From positions 130,414-194,413 of the forward strand of contig PDSF01000027.1 in assembly GCA_002748355.1 (NCBI GenBank): a stretch of DNA of 64,000 nucleotides, written 5' to 3'. Numbering within the stretch: the stretch's first letter is position 1; each line of letters starts with the position of its first letter. The notes beneath the pieces were generated by a model. The model had not been told where the DNA came from, ran no database searches, and saw only the letters and a program-made list of their open reading frames with translations. The position numbers and the translations under genes were made by a program. The stretch comes from Planctomycetota bacterium (GTDB lineage Bacteria; Planctomycetota; UBA1135; GCA-002748355). Of this stretch, positions 37,239 to 50,008 are shown one piece after another.

Positions 37239-38297
37239 ATGTTGCGCCACCTTTCTCTGGCCGCTGTTGCGGCACTGTCTGCCTCTGTCTGTGCCCAGAC
37301 CATCGTCACCGTTCCCCAGGGCTACGGTACCAAGGAAGGCGAGAGTTCTCGTCACGTGCCGCTGCGCTACACCCCGGCTCGCGCCCAGTTTGGCTACGAC
37401 GCCAAGGCCACCGGCTGGAAGCGCCCCATGGTCATCCGGGAACTCTGGGCTCGTCCCAACGGCGGCACCTATCTGACGACAGCCTTCACCATCGACTGCG
37501 AAGTCCTGATCTCGAGCATCGGCTGTGATCCAGAGACCAAGGAATTCGCCTGGGCCAAGAACCATGGCAAGGACGTGAAGGTTTTCATGAAGCGCAAATC
37601 CATGAGCTTCCAGACCTTCACAAGTGCCCCGAAGCCCGCTCCCTTCTCGATTCAGCTCAAGGGTGACGCTCCTTTCGTCGCCATCAGACCGACCCTGGTC
37701 GTCGACTGGAAGGCATACTCCAAGTCCAACGAAACCCACAGCAACCTCTACATCGATGCGACCTATGTTCGCGGCACCTCTAGCGGAACCTACGGCAGGA
37801 ACAAGTACTTCGGCAGACCCTGCAACCCGACCACCTTCTACAACTACGCAACCGGCTACAACGTAGATAATATCTTCCGCCCCTACTGCTACCCCAAGGG
37901 CATCGGCGATTTCATTATCCACTGGATCGGCAGCACGCAGACCAACCTTCCAATCCCCGGCCAGACCGGCTGCACCCTGTATACAACGCCGATCATCTTC
38001 TACCCCAGCATCCCCAAGGCGACCAACACCTCCCCGATGTATTTCTCGTGGGGCAAGGTTCCAGCCTTCATGAAGGGCGCCTCTGTGGTCACCCAGTTCG
38101 CGGCGATCGACAGCACCCTTAAGCAGATGCGGTGGTCCCGAGGCATCCAGACGACCTTCGGCGACTACAAGCTGACCTACCCCTACACCATTTCCCAGCG
38201 CTACGCCTACGGTTCGGGCACCCGGAACTTCGATCCGGACAAGGACCCAGCGCTATACGGAGGGAAGGGCTCGGCAGCGATCTTCCAGATCAAGTGA
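37239..38297 (+). CDS. secreted protein of unknown family, paralog B
   Basis: Signal peptide MLRHLSLAAVAALSASVCAQ. It is collinear with paralog A. Confidence 0.8.
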   Translation: MLRHLSLAAVAALSASVCAQTIVTVPQGYGTKEGESSRHVPLRYTPARAQFGYDAKATGWKRPMVIRELWARPNGGTYLTTAFTIDCEVLISSIGCDPETKEFAWAKNHGKDVKVFMKRKSMSFQTFTSAPKPAPFSIQLKGDAPFVAIRPTLVVDWKAYSKSNETHSNLYIDATYVRGTSSGTYGRNKYFGRPCNPTTFYNYATGYNVDNIFRPYCYPKGIGDFIIHWIGSTQTNLPIPGQTGCTLYTTPIIFYPSIPKATNTSPMYFSWGKVPAFMKGASVVTQFAAIDSTLKQMRWSRGIQTTFGDYKLTYPYTISQRYAYGSGTRNFDPDKDPALYGGKGSAAIFQIK

Positions 38298-38330
38298 CCT
38301 GAGACTCAAGAGCTGGCCCCTTTGGGTAGC

Positions 38331-38367
38331 AAAAGCCCGGACGACGCTTGGCGCCGCCCGGGCTTTT
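38331..38367 (+). terminator. intrinsic terminator after paralog B
   Basis: AAAAGCCCGG...CCGGGCTTTT has a 10-bp stem and a T-run. Confidence 0.75.
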
Positions 38368-38483
38368 GCGTGAACGGAAAGGGAGTGTCAGATAAACGGT
38401 GTAAACGGCGTCTGGCGGCCCAAGGCAATCCCAGACCTTATTCGAGGAACCCCTTTCTGCACGAAGCCTTTCCTCGGTGAGAC

Positions 38484-38912
38484 ATGAGACTCTGGTCACT
38501 ACATCCCAGGTATCTGGATGCAAAAGGCTTGGTAGCACTATGGCGAGAAGCTCTTCTTGCCCAAAAGGTGCTCCAAGGAAAGACAAAGGGATACAAGAAT
38601 CACCCTCAGTTGACTCGCTTCAAGTCCATGGAGGATCCGGTATCAGGCATTTCTTCCTACCTTGAATATGTCGCCCAAGAAGCCGATCGTCGGAACTACA
38701 ACTTCAATAGAGCCAAGATCAGCAAAAAGGCTAGGAGCAAAAAGATCTCTGTCACCAATGCCCAACTGGACTACGAATTCGAACACCTACTCGGAAAGCT
38801 CAAGGTCCGAGAGCCCAGCCTTTACCACGAGGTCAAAAAGGTCGACGAGATTCAGATACATCCGCTTTTCTTCCGGGTCGAAGGGGAGATAGAAAGCTGG
38901 GAAATCGTCTGA
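38484..38912 (+). CDS. pyrimidine dimer DNA glycosylase / endonuclease V (DenV-like, Pyr_excise family)
   Basis: MRLWSLHPRYLDAKGLVALWREALLAQKVLQGKTKGYKNHPQLTRF matches my recollection of this family's conserved N-terminus. The region is visibly lower in GC than its surroundings. Confidence 0.7.
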   Translation: MRLWSLHPRYLDAKGLVALWREALLAQKVLQGKTKGYKNHPQLTRFKSMEDPVSGISSYLEYVAQEADRRNYNFNRAKISKKARSKKISVTNAQLDYEFEHLLGKLKVREPSLYHEVKKVDEIQIHPLFFRVEGEIESWEIV

Positions 38913-39074
38913 TTTTCCCCTCCGATAAGCACTGGGCTGGAATCAAAGCTCCGATGCGCCCGAGCTTTCCATCACCAACCGTTTTGCTCTCGCCCTAACG
39001 GGAGAAACACCAAGAAGGCTGGCCACTGAAGAAGCTGGGCTCTGCCCAAAGTCCCGGTCAAGAAGCTGCGGGAT

Positions 39075-42000
39075 TTGGTCGATTCTGCCCTCATGCCTGC
39101 ACTTCAGCACCAGTCCGGCACTGGGCACAGGCACGTCATTCCACCCGAGTCCTGGGCCGGAATCAGTGTTGCCGCCAAGCTGCTGCACCTGCCGCCACAA
39201 AGGATCATCTTGGCGGCGACCCTCGTCGCGGCTTGGCGCTGTACTGGGGCTGATCTACAGATCCATCGCAACTCGGAAAGGCAAGACTGGCATGCGGAGG
39301 CGGGAGGCTCCCTGGCTACTGTGCTCAGCGACCTTGCCCAGAAGCTAGGGCCAACACGGCAGAGCTGCCGATTCGAAACTACAAGCTTCGGGGAGCAGGA
39401 GCTGAAGCTGGTGCCTGCTCCATCCTCCGGCAATGACGGAACACTCGCGATTGAAGGAGTAGCTCCCGGCCTCATCCACGCGACCTTCGCTCTCTGTGCT
39501 CAGCTGGAGCAAGGGCTGCAACAACCTGTCGAGGCCGTGTCGCTCGTCGACTCCAGCTGCGAGACGCTGCTGCTAGGCGAATGGAACGACACCTTTCGCC
39601 CCTACCAAACAGAGCAGACGGTTCAGCAACTCTTCGAGGCTCAGGTCGAGGCATCACCCGAGCGCATAGCCGTCATGAACTCACAGGGGAGCTACAGCTA
39701 TGCCCAGCTAGAAAACTGGGCGAATGGCATCGCCCAAGAGCTTCGAAAGCGAGCGGTCGGCCCAGGCTCGTTCGTTGCTATAGCGATCCCGCGAAGGATC
39801 GAGCTGCTCGCAGCGATCCTCGGCACCCTCAAGGCCGGTGCTGCATACGTCCCCATCGAACCGAGCCTGCCGGGACCAAGGCGCAAGTACATCCTGGAGA
39901 ATTCCGGTGCTCGCCACCTCCTGGTGAGCAACGAGGACCTCAGCGAGGGCTTTGAACAAAGCGGCGTAGAACTCATACCCGTGGCTTGCCAAAGGGATGC
40001 CCCCTCTGAGCCTCGGCCACAACTACAACAGAGCCTGGTCTCCTCCTCTGCCTATGTGATCTACACCTCGGGAACGACCGGAACCCCCAAGGGTGTGCAC
40101 GTCAAACACAAGGCCCTTCTCAACCTCATCCAGTGGATGGCGCAAGACTTCGGCATCCGCGAACACGACAGGAGCTTCGCCGTAGCCTCTGCTGGCTTTG
40201 ACCTCTCTGTCTTTGACTTCCTGGGAATGCTCGCCCTAGGGGGGTCCATATATCTGGCCTCGGAAGACCAACTTTCCGAACCCGAACACCTAGCGGCCGC
40301 GCTAGGAGAGAGCGGCGCCACGATCTGGAACTCAGCCCCGACCGCACTCTCCCAGCTCCTTCCCATGCTCGAGCAACGCAAACGTCCTGGCCGCCTGCGA
40401 CTGGCCCTACTGAGCGGCGACTGGATTCCGCTCTCGATGCCACAGCAGATGCAACGGATTTTCCCCGGGCTCATGTTCGTCGGACTCGGCGGCGCCACCG
40501 AAGCGACGGTCTGGTCCAACTCCTTCATCGTCGACAAGGTCGACCCTGAATGGACGAGCATCCCGTACGGCCGCCCCATGCCCAACTCCAGGTACTACGT
40601 ACTGGGCCCAGGCCTTGAGCTAGTGCCGCCGGGGGTTCCGGGCGACCTATTCATCGCGGGAGATTGTTTAGCAGAAGGCTACCTAAACCGCCCCAAACTC
40701 ACTGAGGCGAGCTTCTTCTCGTGGACACGTCCCGACGGCTTGGTCGAACGCCTTTATCGAACTGGTGACCGGGCCCAACTCTTCGAGGATGGCCTTATCG
40801 AGTTCCTCGGACGGATCGACGAGCAAGTCAAAATCCGCGGTTATCGCGTGGAGCTCTCAGAACTCTCTACAGCTTTACAACGAATCGACGGAGTAAAAGA
40901 CGCGGTCGCCCTCGCACGAGTAAGCGAAAGCGAACCTGAGGGTGAAGCACGCCAGAAGAGCCTCGCGGCATATGCCCTAATGGAGCATCCTCGCTCCGAG
41001 ATGGAGATACTCCAGGAACTAACCCAGCAGCTGCCACCGTACATGATTCCCGAGTCACTCTTCCTCCTAGAGGAATGGCCCAAGACTCCGAACGGGAAGC
41101 TGGACCGCGCGGCCTTGGCTTCCATGCGCCTGGCTGCAAAAGGACCAAAGGCAGGCGCAGAGGCGATGAATGACCTGGAGGCTGAAGTCCTCCAGGTATG
41201 GCAGAAGGTATTGAAGCGTCCGGATATGGGCCTGGATGACAACTTCATCCTGATGGGAGGAAACTCTCTCAGCGCACTCCAGTTGCGGAACCGCATCCGC
41301 GATGAGGTCGGGCTGGATTTCCGCCTCAACGACCTTATCGCCGAACCCACTCCGAGGGCCTTGCTCGCCGGCATCGTCCAGCGAGCGACCGCAGCAGGTA
41401 ATCGCCTCGTTCCCCTCCAGCACCGGAAGGAGGCCAACGCTCTGATTTGTTTCCCAGGTTCGGGAGGCCACGTTTTCACCTTCATGGAGATGGCACGCGG
41501 TATCCACCCGGCCTTCGATGTCCTTGGGGTCCCGCTCCTTGAGGAGCAGCTCCACAGCATGGGTTCCCCAAGCATCGAAACCCTGGCAACGGCCTACCAC
41601 GACTTTCTCGCCAAAGCTCTAACGGAGTATCACTCCATCGTCCTCTTGGGTTATTCCGCAGGCAGCTATCTCGCCTTCCAACTCCAAGGAGAGCTGCGGC
41701 GCACCGGAGTCAATATCGCCGGCACCATCGTTTTGGATATGTGCGCACCGGGCTATCCCAGGAAGCCGCACGTCTCCCGGCGCATGGCTACCCATCTTTG
41801 GAATATGATTTCGGGGCGCGAAGGCGCACGCTTGAATTACCTGGCCGCCCGCTTCCGGAAACGCATGGGGCTCGCCCCACAGCTCAGGAGCGAAGCGGAA
41901 CTCATCGAACGCGCAGAACTCGATGCCGACGCCGAACTCAATGCCACGATCGCTGCGTACCATCAGGCCCTGCGCTGCTATTGGCCAGAACCAAAACCTG

Positions 42001-42209
42001 GGCTCGTTCACGTCATCCGTGCCGAGACGCCACCCCATTACCCAACGGCCAAATTCGACGATCCCTTCATGGGGTGGGGCCCTTTCGTCCTCGGCGGGCT
42101 TAGCCAATCGGAAGCGCCGGGAGCACATCTGAGCCTTTTCTATCCCGAAAACCTTCCCACCCTCATTACACGGGTCAACGAAGCCCTCGAGCAGTTCGAC
42201 ATCATCTGA
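39075..42209 (+). CDS. single-module nonribosomal peptide synthetase: C-domain remnant, then A-T-TE
   Basis: A-domain cores are LKAGAAYVPIEP, YVIYTSGTTGTPKGV, FDLSVFD, YRTGD, GRIDEQVKIRGYRVEL and PNGKLDR. The carrier domain has GGNSLSAL and the thioesterase has GYSAGS. The first 170 aa or so look like only the C-terminal part of a condensation domain, with no HHxxxDG. The start is uncertain: TTG 39075 or ATG 39093. Confidence 0.85.
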   Translation: MVDSALMPALQHQSGTGHRHVIPPESWAGISVAAKLLHLPPQRIILAATLVAAWRCTGADLQIHRNSERQDWHAEAGGSLATVLSDLAQKLGPTRQSCRFETTSFGEQELKLVPAPSSGNDGTLAIEGVAPGLIHATFALCAQLEQGLQQPVEAVSLVDSSCETLLLGEWNDTFRPYQTEQTVQQLFEAQVEASPERIAVMNSQGSYSYAQLENWANGIAQELRKRAVGPGSFVAIAIPRRIELLAAILGTLKAGAAYVPIEPSLPGPRRKYILENSGARHLLVSNEDLSEGFEQSGVELIPVACQRDAPSEPRPQLQQSLVSSSAYVIYTSGTTGTPKGVHVKHKALLNLIQWMAQDFGIREHDRSFAVASAGFDLSVFDFLGMLALGGSIYLASEDQLSEPEHLAAALGESGATIWNSAPTALSQLLPMLEQRKRPGRLRLALLSGDWIPLSMPQQMQRIFPGLMFVGLGGATEATVWSNSFIVDKVDPEWTSIPYGRPMPNSRYYVLGPGLELVPPGVPGDLFIAGDCLAEGYLNRPKLTEASFFSWTRPDGLVERLYRTGDRAQLFEDGLIEFLGRIDEQVKIRGYRVELSELSTALQRIDGVKDAVALARVSESEPEGEARQKSLAAYALMEHPRSEMEILQELTQQLPPYMIPESLFLLEEWPKTPNGKLDRAALASMRLAAKGPKAGAEAMNDLEAEVLQVWQKVLKRPDMGLDDNFILMGGNSLSALQLRNRIRDEVGLDFRLNDLIAEPTPRALLAGIVQRATAAGNRLVPLQHRKEANALICFPGSGGHVFTFMEMARGIHPAFDVLGVPLLEEQLHSMGSPSIETLATAYHDFLAKALTEYHSIVLLGYSAGSYLAFQLQGELRRTGVNIAGTIVLDMCAPGYPRKPHVSRRMATHLWNMISGREGARLNYLAARFRKRMGLAPQLRSEAELIERAELDADAELNATIAAYHQALRCYWPEPKPGLVHVIRAETPPHYPTAKFDDPFMGWGPFVLGGLSQSEAPGAHLSLFYPENLPTLITRVNEALEQFDII

Positions 42210-42217
42210 GAGCACAC

Positions 42218-42245
42218 GAGCCCCGCCGCCTCCCGACTGGGGCTC
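42218..42245. terminator. hairpin between the convergent NRPS and atpC genes
   Basis: GAGCCCC-N14-GGGGCTC. Confidence 0.3.
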
Positions 42246-42278
42246 AGCTACCGGGACTTGTGCGGGAGCAGAAGGGCT

Positions 42279-42707
42279 CTATCGCTTGCTGGCCATCTGC
42301 AGCCGCACAAGAGCACGCTTCAGGGCTCGATCAGCACGCAGCGTATCGATCTTGTCGCTCTGCTGTTTTTTGAGTCGCTCACGGGCTCGCTCGGCGGCGG
42401 CCTTCGCCCGTTCAGAGTCGATATCACCCTTTAGCTCGGCAGCGTCCACAACAAAGCGGACCTCATTATCCTTCACCTCTGCGAAGCCCCCCATCAGGGC
42501 GAAAGCCATTTCGCCATCGGAAGTGCCACTAATGTACAGAGGCCCAGGGGCCACCGTGGTAATCATCGCGGCATGCCCAGGCAGGATGCCGTAAAGACCA
42601 TCCTCACCGGGATATTGCAGGCTCTTCGCCGTGCCCGAGAAAACGGTCTTCTCGGGAGTGATAATGCTGAGCTTCAGCATGCCGTTCGGACTCGTACTCT
42701 CGGCCAT
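42279..42707 (-). CDS. atpC: F1 ATP synthase epsilon subunit
   Basis: 142 aa, LKLSIITPEKTVFSG...GILPGHAAMIT. It is the last gene of the atp operon. Confidence 0.9.
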   Translation of the reverse strand: MAESTSPNGMLKLSIITPEKTVFSGTAKSLQYPGEDGLYGILPGHAAMITTVAPGPLYISGTSDGEMAFALMGGFAEVKDNEVRFVVDAAELKGDIDSERAKAAAERARERLKKQQSDKIDTLRADRALKRALVRLQMASKR

Positions 42708-42754
42708 CGCTCTGCTCTCGGGCTAGGGGACAGCGGGACTAGGTCCCGCTGGCC

Positions 42755-45149
<2,395 letters not shown>

Positions 45150-45206
45150 GTCTCTGCTCCGCTTCTCAGCGTCCCTGCTTTGTTGGCGTTACAACGAAAA
45201 CGCTGC

Positions 45207-46757
<1,551 letters not shown>

Positions 46758-46807
46758 ATCGTTGCTCTATGAACCGTTGTGTTCTTGTTGTTCGCTGTGG
46801 GGCCCTA

Positions 46808-47431
46808 TCAGCTGCCGAGCTTAGGCAGTGGAGCGCCCCGGAGTTTGCGGCCCAGCTCTTCCAACTGCCCCTGGAGGCTAGCATCGAAGAGGCGGCCCTT
46901 GACGAAGATCCGCACGCCACCGAGCAGTTCCTCATCGACTTCTGATTTCAGGCGCAGCTTCTGTCCCAGACGCGCCCCGAGAGCTTCCTCCAACGAGCGG
47001 AGTTCGTCGTCACTCAGCTCCATGAAGCTCAAGACCTGGCCCTCAACTTCGCCGCGCGACTCAAGGACGCGGGCATGGAAGCTCGCAGCAATCTGCTGCA
47101 GCTCAAGGGCACGGCCCTTGGCAAAGACAAGGTCGAGAAAGCGAAGGGTGCAGGCCTGCGCCGCACGCTTCTGCTTGCTGGGCTCGGCATCAGCCTCAGC
47201 CTCAGCAGCCACTTCCTCAGCAGCCACTTCGTATTCGGCTTGGAGGAGCCGCTGCAGCAGGCCCTTCTTCTCCTCAAGCGAGCGATTTGGATCGCTGAGG
47301 AAGACACGCAGCTCACGCTGCTCAAGCGCAATGCGCAACAGCGCCATGTCCGCCTCGACGGCGTCCACGACCTTTTCTCCCTCTGCGGCGAGGAAGAGCG
47401 CATCGCTGTATCTCTTGGCGACGGAAGCCAT
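46808..47431 (-). CDS. atpH: F1 ATP synthase delta (OSCP) subunit
   Basis: VAKRYSDALFLAA start, located between atpF and atpA. It carries an internal acidic insert compared with typical delta subunits. Confidence 0.8.
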   Translation of the reverse strand: MASVAKRYSDALFLAAEGEKVVDAVEADMALLRIALEQRELRVFLSDPNRSLEEKKGLLQRLLQAEYEVAAEEVAAEAEADAEPSKQKRAAQACTLRFLDLVFAKGRALELQQIAASFHARVLESRGEVEGQVLSFMELSDDELRSLEEALGARLGQKLRLKSEVDEELLGGVRIFVKGRLFDASLQGQLEELGRKLRGAPLPKLGS

Positions 47432-47434
47432 GGA

Positions 47435-47989
47435 TCAGTTTTTCCGTGCGTCGAGGTCGCCGAGGAAGCCCTCGACCAGCTTGCGCTGATCGTCGCCGTT
47501 GACCTCGCGCTTGAGGAGCTTGGAGGTCGCATCCAGGGAAAGATCGACGACAAGCTCGCGGATCTCCGCGAGTGCCTTCTCCTTCTCCGCCTCGATTTCG
47601 GCGCGGGCACTGGCGCGCTCACGCTCGATTTCCGAGCGAGCCTTGCTCTCGAGCTCGGCCTTGAGGGCGTCCGCCTGTTCGCGAGCCACCTGGATCTGCT
47701 TCGCCGACTCGGCGCGAGCCGTCGCGAGCGCTTTCTCGCTCTCAGCCTTCGCCTTTTCAGCTGCGTCCTTCGCCTCTTTCGCAATGCCGATGGCCGCTTC
47801 AGCGCGCTCGTCTCGCTCACGCAGAGCCGAGGTGATCGGACCAAAGACGAACTTCCACATCACGGGAAGTGACAGCAGAAAGATGACGAGCGTCCAGAAG
47901 AACCCGCCAATCCCGGAGGGGTCAAAAACGTTGAAGCCACCGCCATCACCAGCGGCAAGAATCAGCGCAAAGCCAGGAATCGAACTCAT
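47435..47989 (-). CDS. atpF: Fo ATP synthase subunit b
   Basis: A single N-terminal TM helix followed by a long Ala/Glu/Lys/Arg helix. Confidence 0.85.
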   Translation of the reverse strand: MSSIPGFALILAAGDGGGFNVFDPSGIGGFFWTLVIFLLSLPVMWKFVFGPITSALRERDERAEAAIGIAKEAKDAAEKAKAESEKALATARAESAKQIQVAREQADALKAELESKARSEIERERASARAEIEAEKEKALAEIRELVVDLSLDATSKLLKREVNGDDQRKLVEGFLGDLDARKN

Positions 47990-48281
47990 CGAAGGTGCCT
48001 TCGCTCTGTCCCCAGGGGGACATCGAAAGAGTCATGCATAGGGCCCGCGCCACAGTCCCAGCCCCCCAAGGGCAAGGCATGTGCGCGGAGAATCGGTCCA
48101 GACTACGTCAAGGTCACACGGCAGCAAAAGCTGCTGGCGCGAGACTCGTCACCAAGAAAGGACCGGCCGCGCTTTCGCTACGGCCACCGGAAACTCCGCC
48201 GAAGCGGGGCTCCAGGTACAGTTGGCGTGGGCTGCGAGCCATGCACGCAGAGCGGCACGGCCCGCAGCACCCGCCTTCGGC

Positions 48282-48545
48282 TCACTTGATGGCGAGCGCG
48301 AGCAGCAGGGTGACCACAACACCGAAGAGGGAGACGCCCTCGATCAGTGCGGAAAGGATCAGCGCGTTGCCGCGGATGTTGTCAGCAGCTTCCGGCTGAC
48401 GGGCAATACCCTCGCCGGCACGAGCGCCGATGTTACCGATACCGAGGCCGGCGCCGATGACGGCCATGCCAGCGCCGAGGCCAGCTCCGAGGCCGACGCC
48501 CCACATGCCCGAATCAGCCGCCTGAGCAAGCAAGTTCATCAACAT
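48282..48545 (-). CDS. atpE: Fo ATP synthase subunit c
   Basis: GLGIGNIGARAGEGIARQPE...ALIEGVSLFGVVV helical hairpin with the conserved acidic residue. AGGAG lies 10 nt upstream. Confidence 0.9.
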   Translation of the reverse strand: MLMNLLAQAADSGMWGVGLGAGLGAGMAVIGAGLGIGNIGARAGEGIARQPEAADNIRGNALILSALIEGVSLFGVVVTLLLALAIK

Positions 48546-48699
48546 GGTCTTTGGACTCCTGAATTTCGGCCCCTACGGGGGCCCCTGTCGCTATGGAAGA
48601 TCTGTCGAAGTTGAAGATCGCTGTGGTGATGGGCCGCACACGCGGCCCTACCGTGTTCGTTTCGCGTGACGCTCACAGGGCGACACGCCATTCTCCCGA

Positions 48700-49764
48700 T
48701 CAGTGCTCAGGATGGAGGCACATCCCCACGAAGAGGATCGAGAGGTAAGTGAAAATATAGGCCTGCAGCAGGGCAACGAAGCTCTCGATAATCATGATGA
48801 ACACCGCGAGCCCCACCCATGGAGTAGCGATGACCCAAGACGCATCGCCCGCATCCTTGATGATCGCAAAGTAGAAGATCAGCCCCATGAAGCTGTAGAC
48901 GACCAGGTGACCGCCCGTCAGGTTCGCGAAGAGTCGGATCATCAACGCGAAGGGCTTAACCAGGAGGCCGACGATCTCGATCACGAACATGAGCGGCACG
49001 AGGAAACCCGGCAGCCCGTGTGGGATCAAGCTCTTCCAGAATGCGCCCGGCCCCTGCTCCATCATTCCGCCGCCGACCATCAAGGCGAAGGTCGTCAGCG
49101 CCAGCGCCCCGGTCACGAAGATGCTGGCGGTGGCCGTTGCCGACCCAGGCACGAGGCCAAGGACGTTCATGAAGGCAATGAAGAAGAAGAGGAAAAGGAA
49201 GTAGGGCAGCAAAGCCTTGCCCTTCTCTTCGCCCAAAAGCGGCATGACCATCTCATCGCGGATGAAGAGGCACCAGCCGGAGAAGACCCGAGCCACCCAG
49301 CCGAGCTTCTTCTCCCTGTCCAGGTAGCCGCGGAGCGAGAAGCCCACAAAGAGGAAGAGCAGGAGCATCAGCCCGATGGCGAGCAGCTGCCAGACCTGGG
49401 TATTGCTGAACGGAACCGAGACACGTCCGAGTTCAAGATCCATGCCCGGGTAGGGATGGGGCAGGAGGTGCTTGAACTTGTAGATGAAGATGTCGGAGGC
49501 ACTCTTGAAGGTCACCGGCCCGTGCGCTTCGTCTGCGTGGCCTTCGGCCCCTTCAGCTTGATGGCCGTCACCCTCCACCAGAGAGCTGGCAGGCACCGGC
49601 TTCGCCGCGTAACTCGGCTTCGCTGCGGCGCTCAGTTCCGAACTGAACGAGGCAGAGCTGAACAGAACGAGTGCCGCAAACACGAGAAGGCTTGCCAAGC
49701 GGCGCCCCAGAGGGCTCCTTCCCGGATTTCCGCGCGAGAGCAGCGGTCGAACGATAGCTAGCAT
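48700..49764 (-). CDS. atpB: Fo ATP synthase subunit a, with an N-terminal extension of about 100 aa
   Basis: The C-terminal half has LVKPFALMIRLFANLTGGH, which includes the essential Arg. The N-terminus has a signal-like helix and a His/Glu-rich stretch GDGHQAEGAEGHADEAHG. The start is ATG 49764 or TTG 49770. Confidence 0.9.
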   Translation of the reverse strand: MLAIVRPLLSRGNPGRSPLGRRLASLLVFAALVLFSSASFSSELSAAAKPSYAAKPVPASSLVEGDGHQAEGAEGHADEAHGPVTFKSASDIFIYKFKHLLPHPYPGMDLELGRVSVPFSNTQVWQLLAIGLMLLLFLFVGFSLRGYLDREKKLGWVARVFSGWCLFIRDEMVMPLLGEEKGKALLPYFLFLFFFIAFMNVLGLVPGSATATASIFVTGALALTTFALMVGGGMMEQGPGAFWKSLIPHGLPGFLVPLMFVIEIVGLLVKPFALMIRLFANLTGGHLVVYSFMGLIFYFAIIKDAGDASWVIATPWVGLAVFIMIIESFVALLQAYIFTYLSILFVGMCLHPEH

Positions 49765-50008
49765 CTGCAAGGTTCTGCGCCTTCTTGCCTAGCACGGGAG
49801 CAAGCTGAGGGAGCGCTCCGGTGAGACGGGACCGACGGTGAAGAGGGGTTCGGCGAAGGGCTAAAAAACCCATTTGCGCACCGAATTCGGGGCGGAAGCT
49901 TAGTATGCCGGGCCAGAGATCCAAGCCTTATCCACCCTTTTTCAACCTGTCGTCCGCCGCCCTGCGCAGGGCGGCCGCCAAAGCTCAGCGCGGTGCTGCC
50001 GACAAAGC

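Larger units (their letters stand above)
37174..38367 (+). repeat. copy B of the tandemly duplicated cassette
   Basis: See copy A. A unique, lower-GC spacer of about 250 bp (36921-37173) separates the copies. Confidence 0.8.

Noticed and set aside
35672-37922. Long minus-strand ORFs (35672-36751 and 37134-37922) opposite the two paralog genes
   Set aside because: They mirror each other only because the underlying DNA is duplicated. The plus-strand frames have signal peptides, terminators and a sensible composition. The minus frames are Gly/Val/Asp/Ala-rich, with no start context or features.
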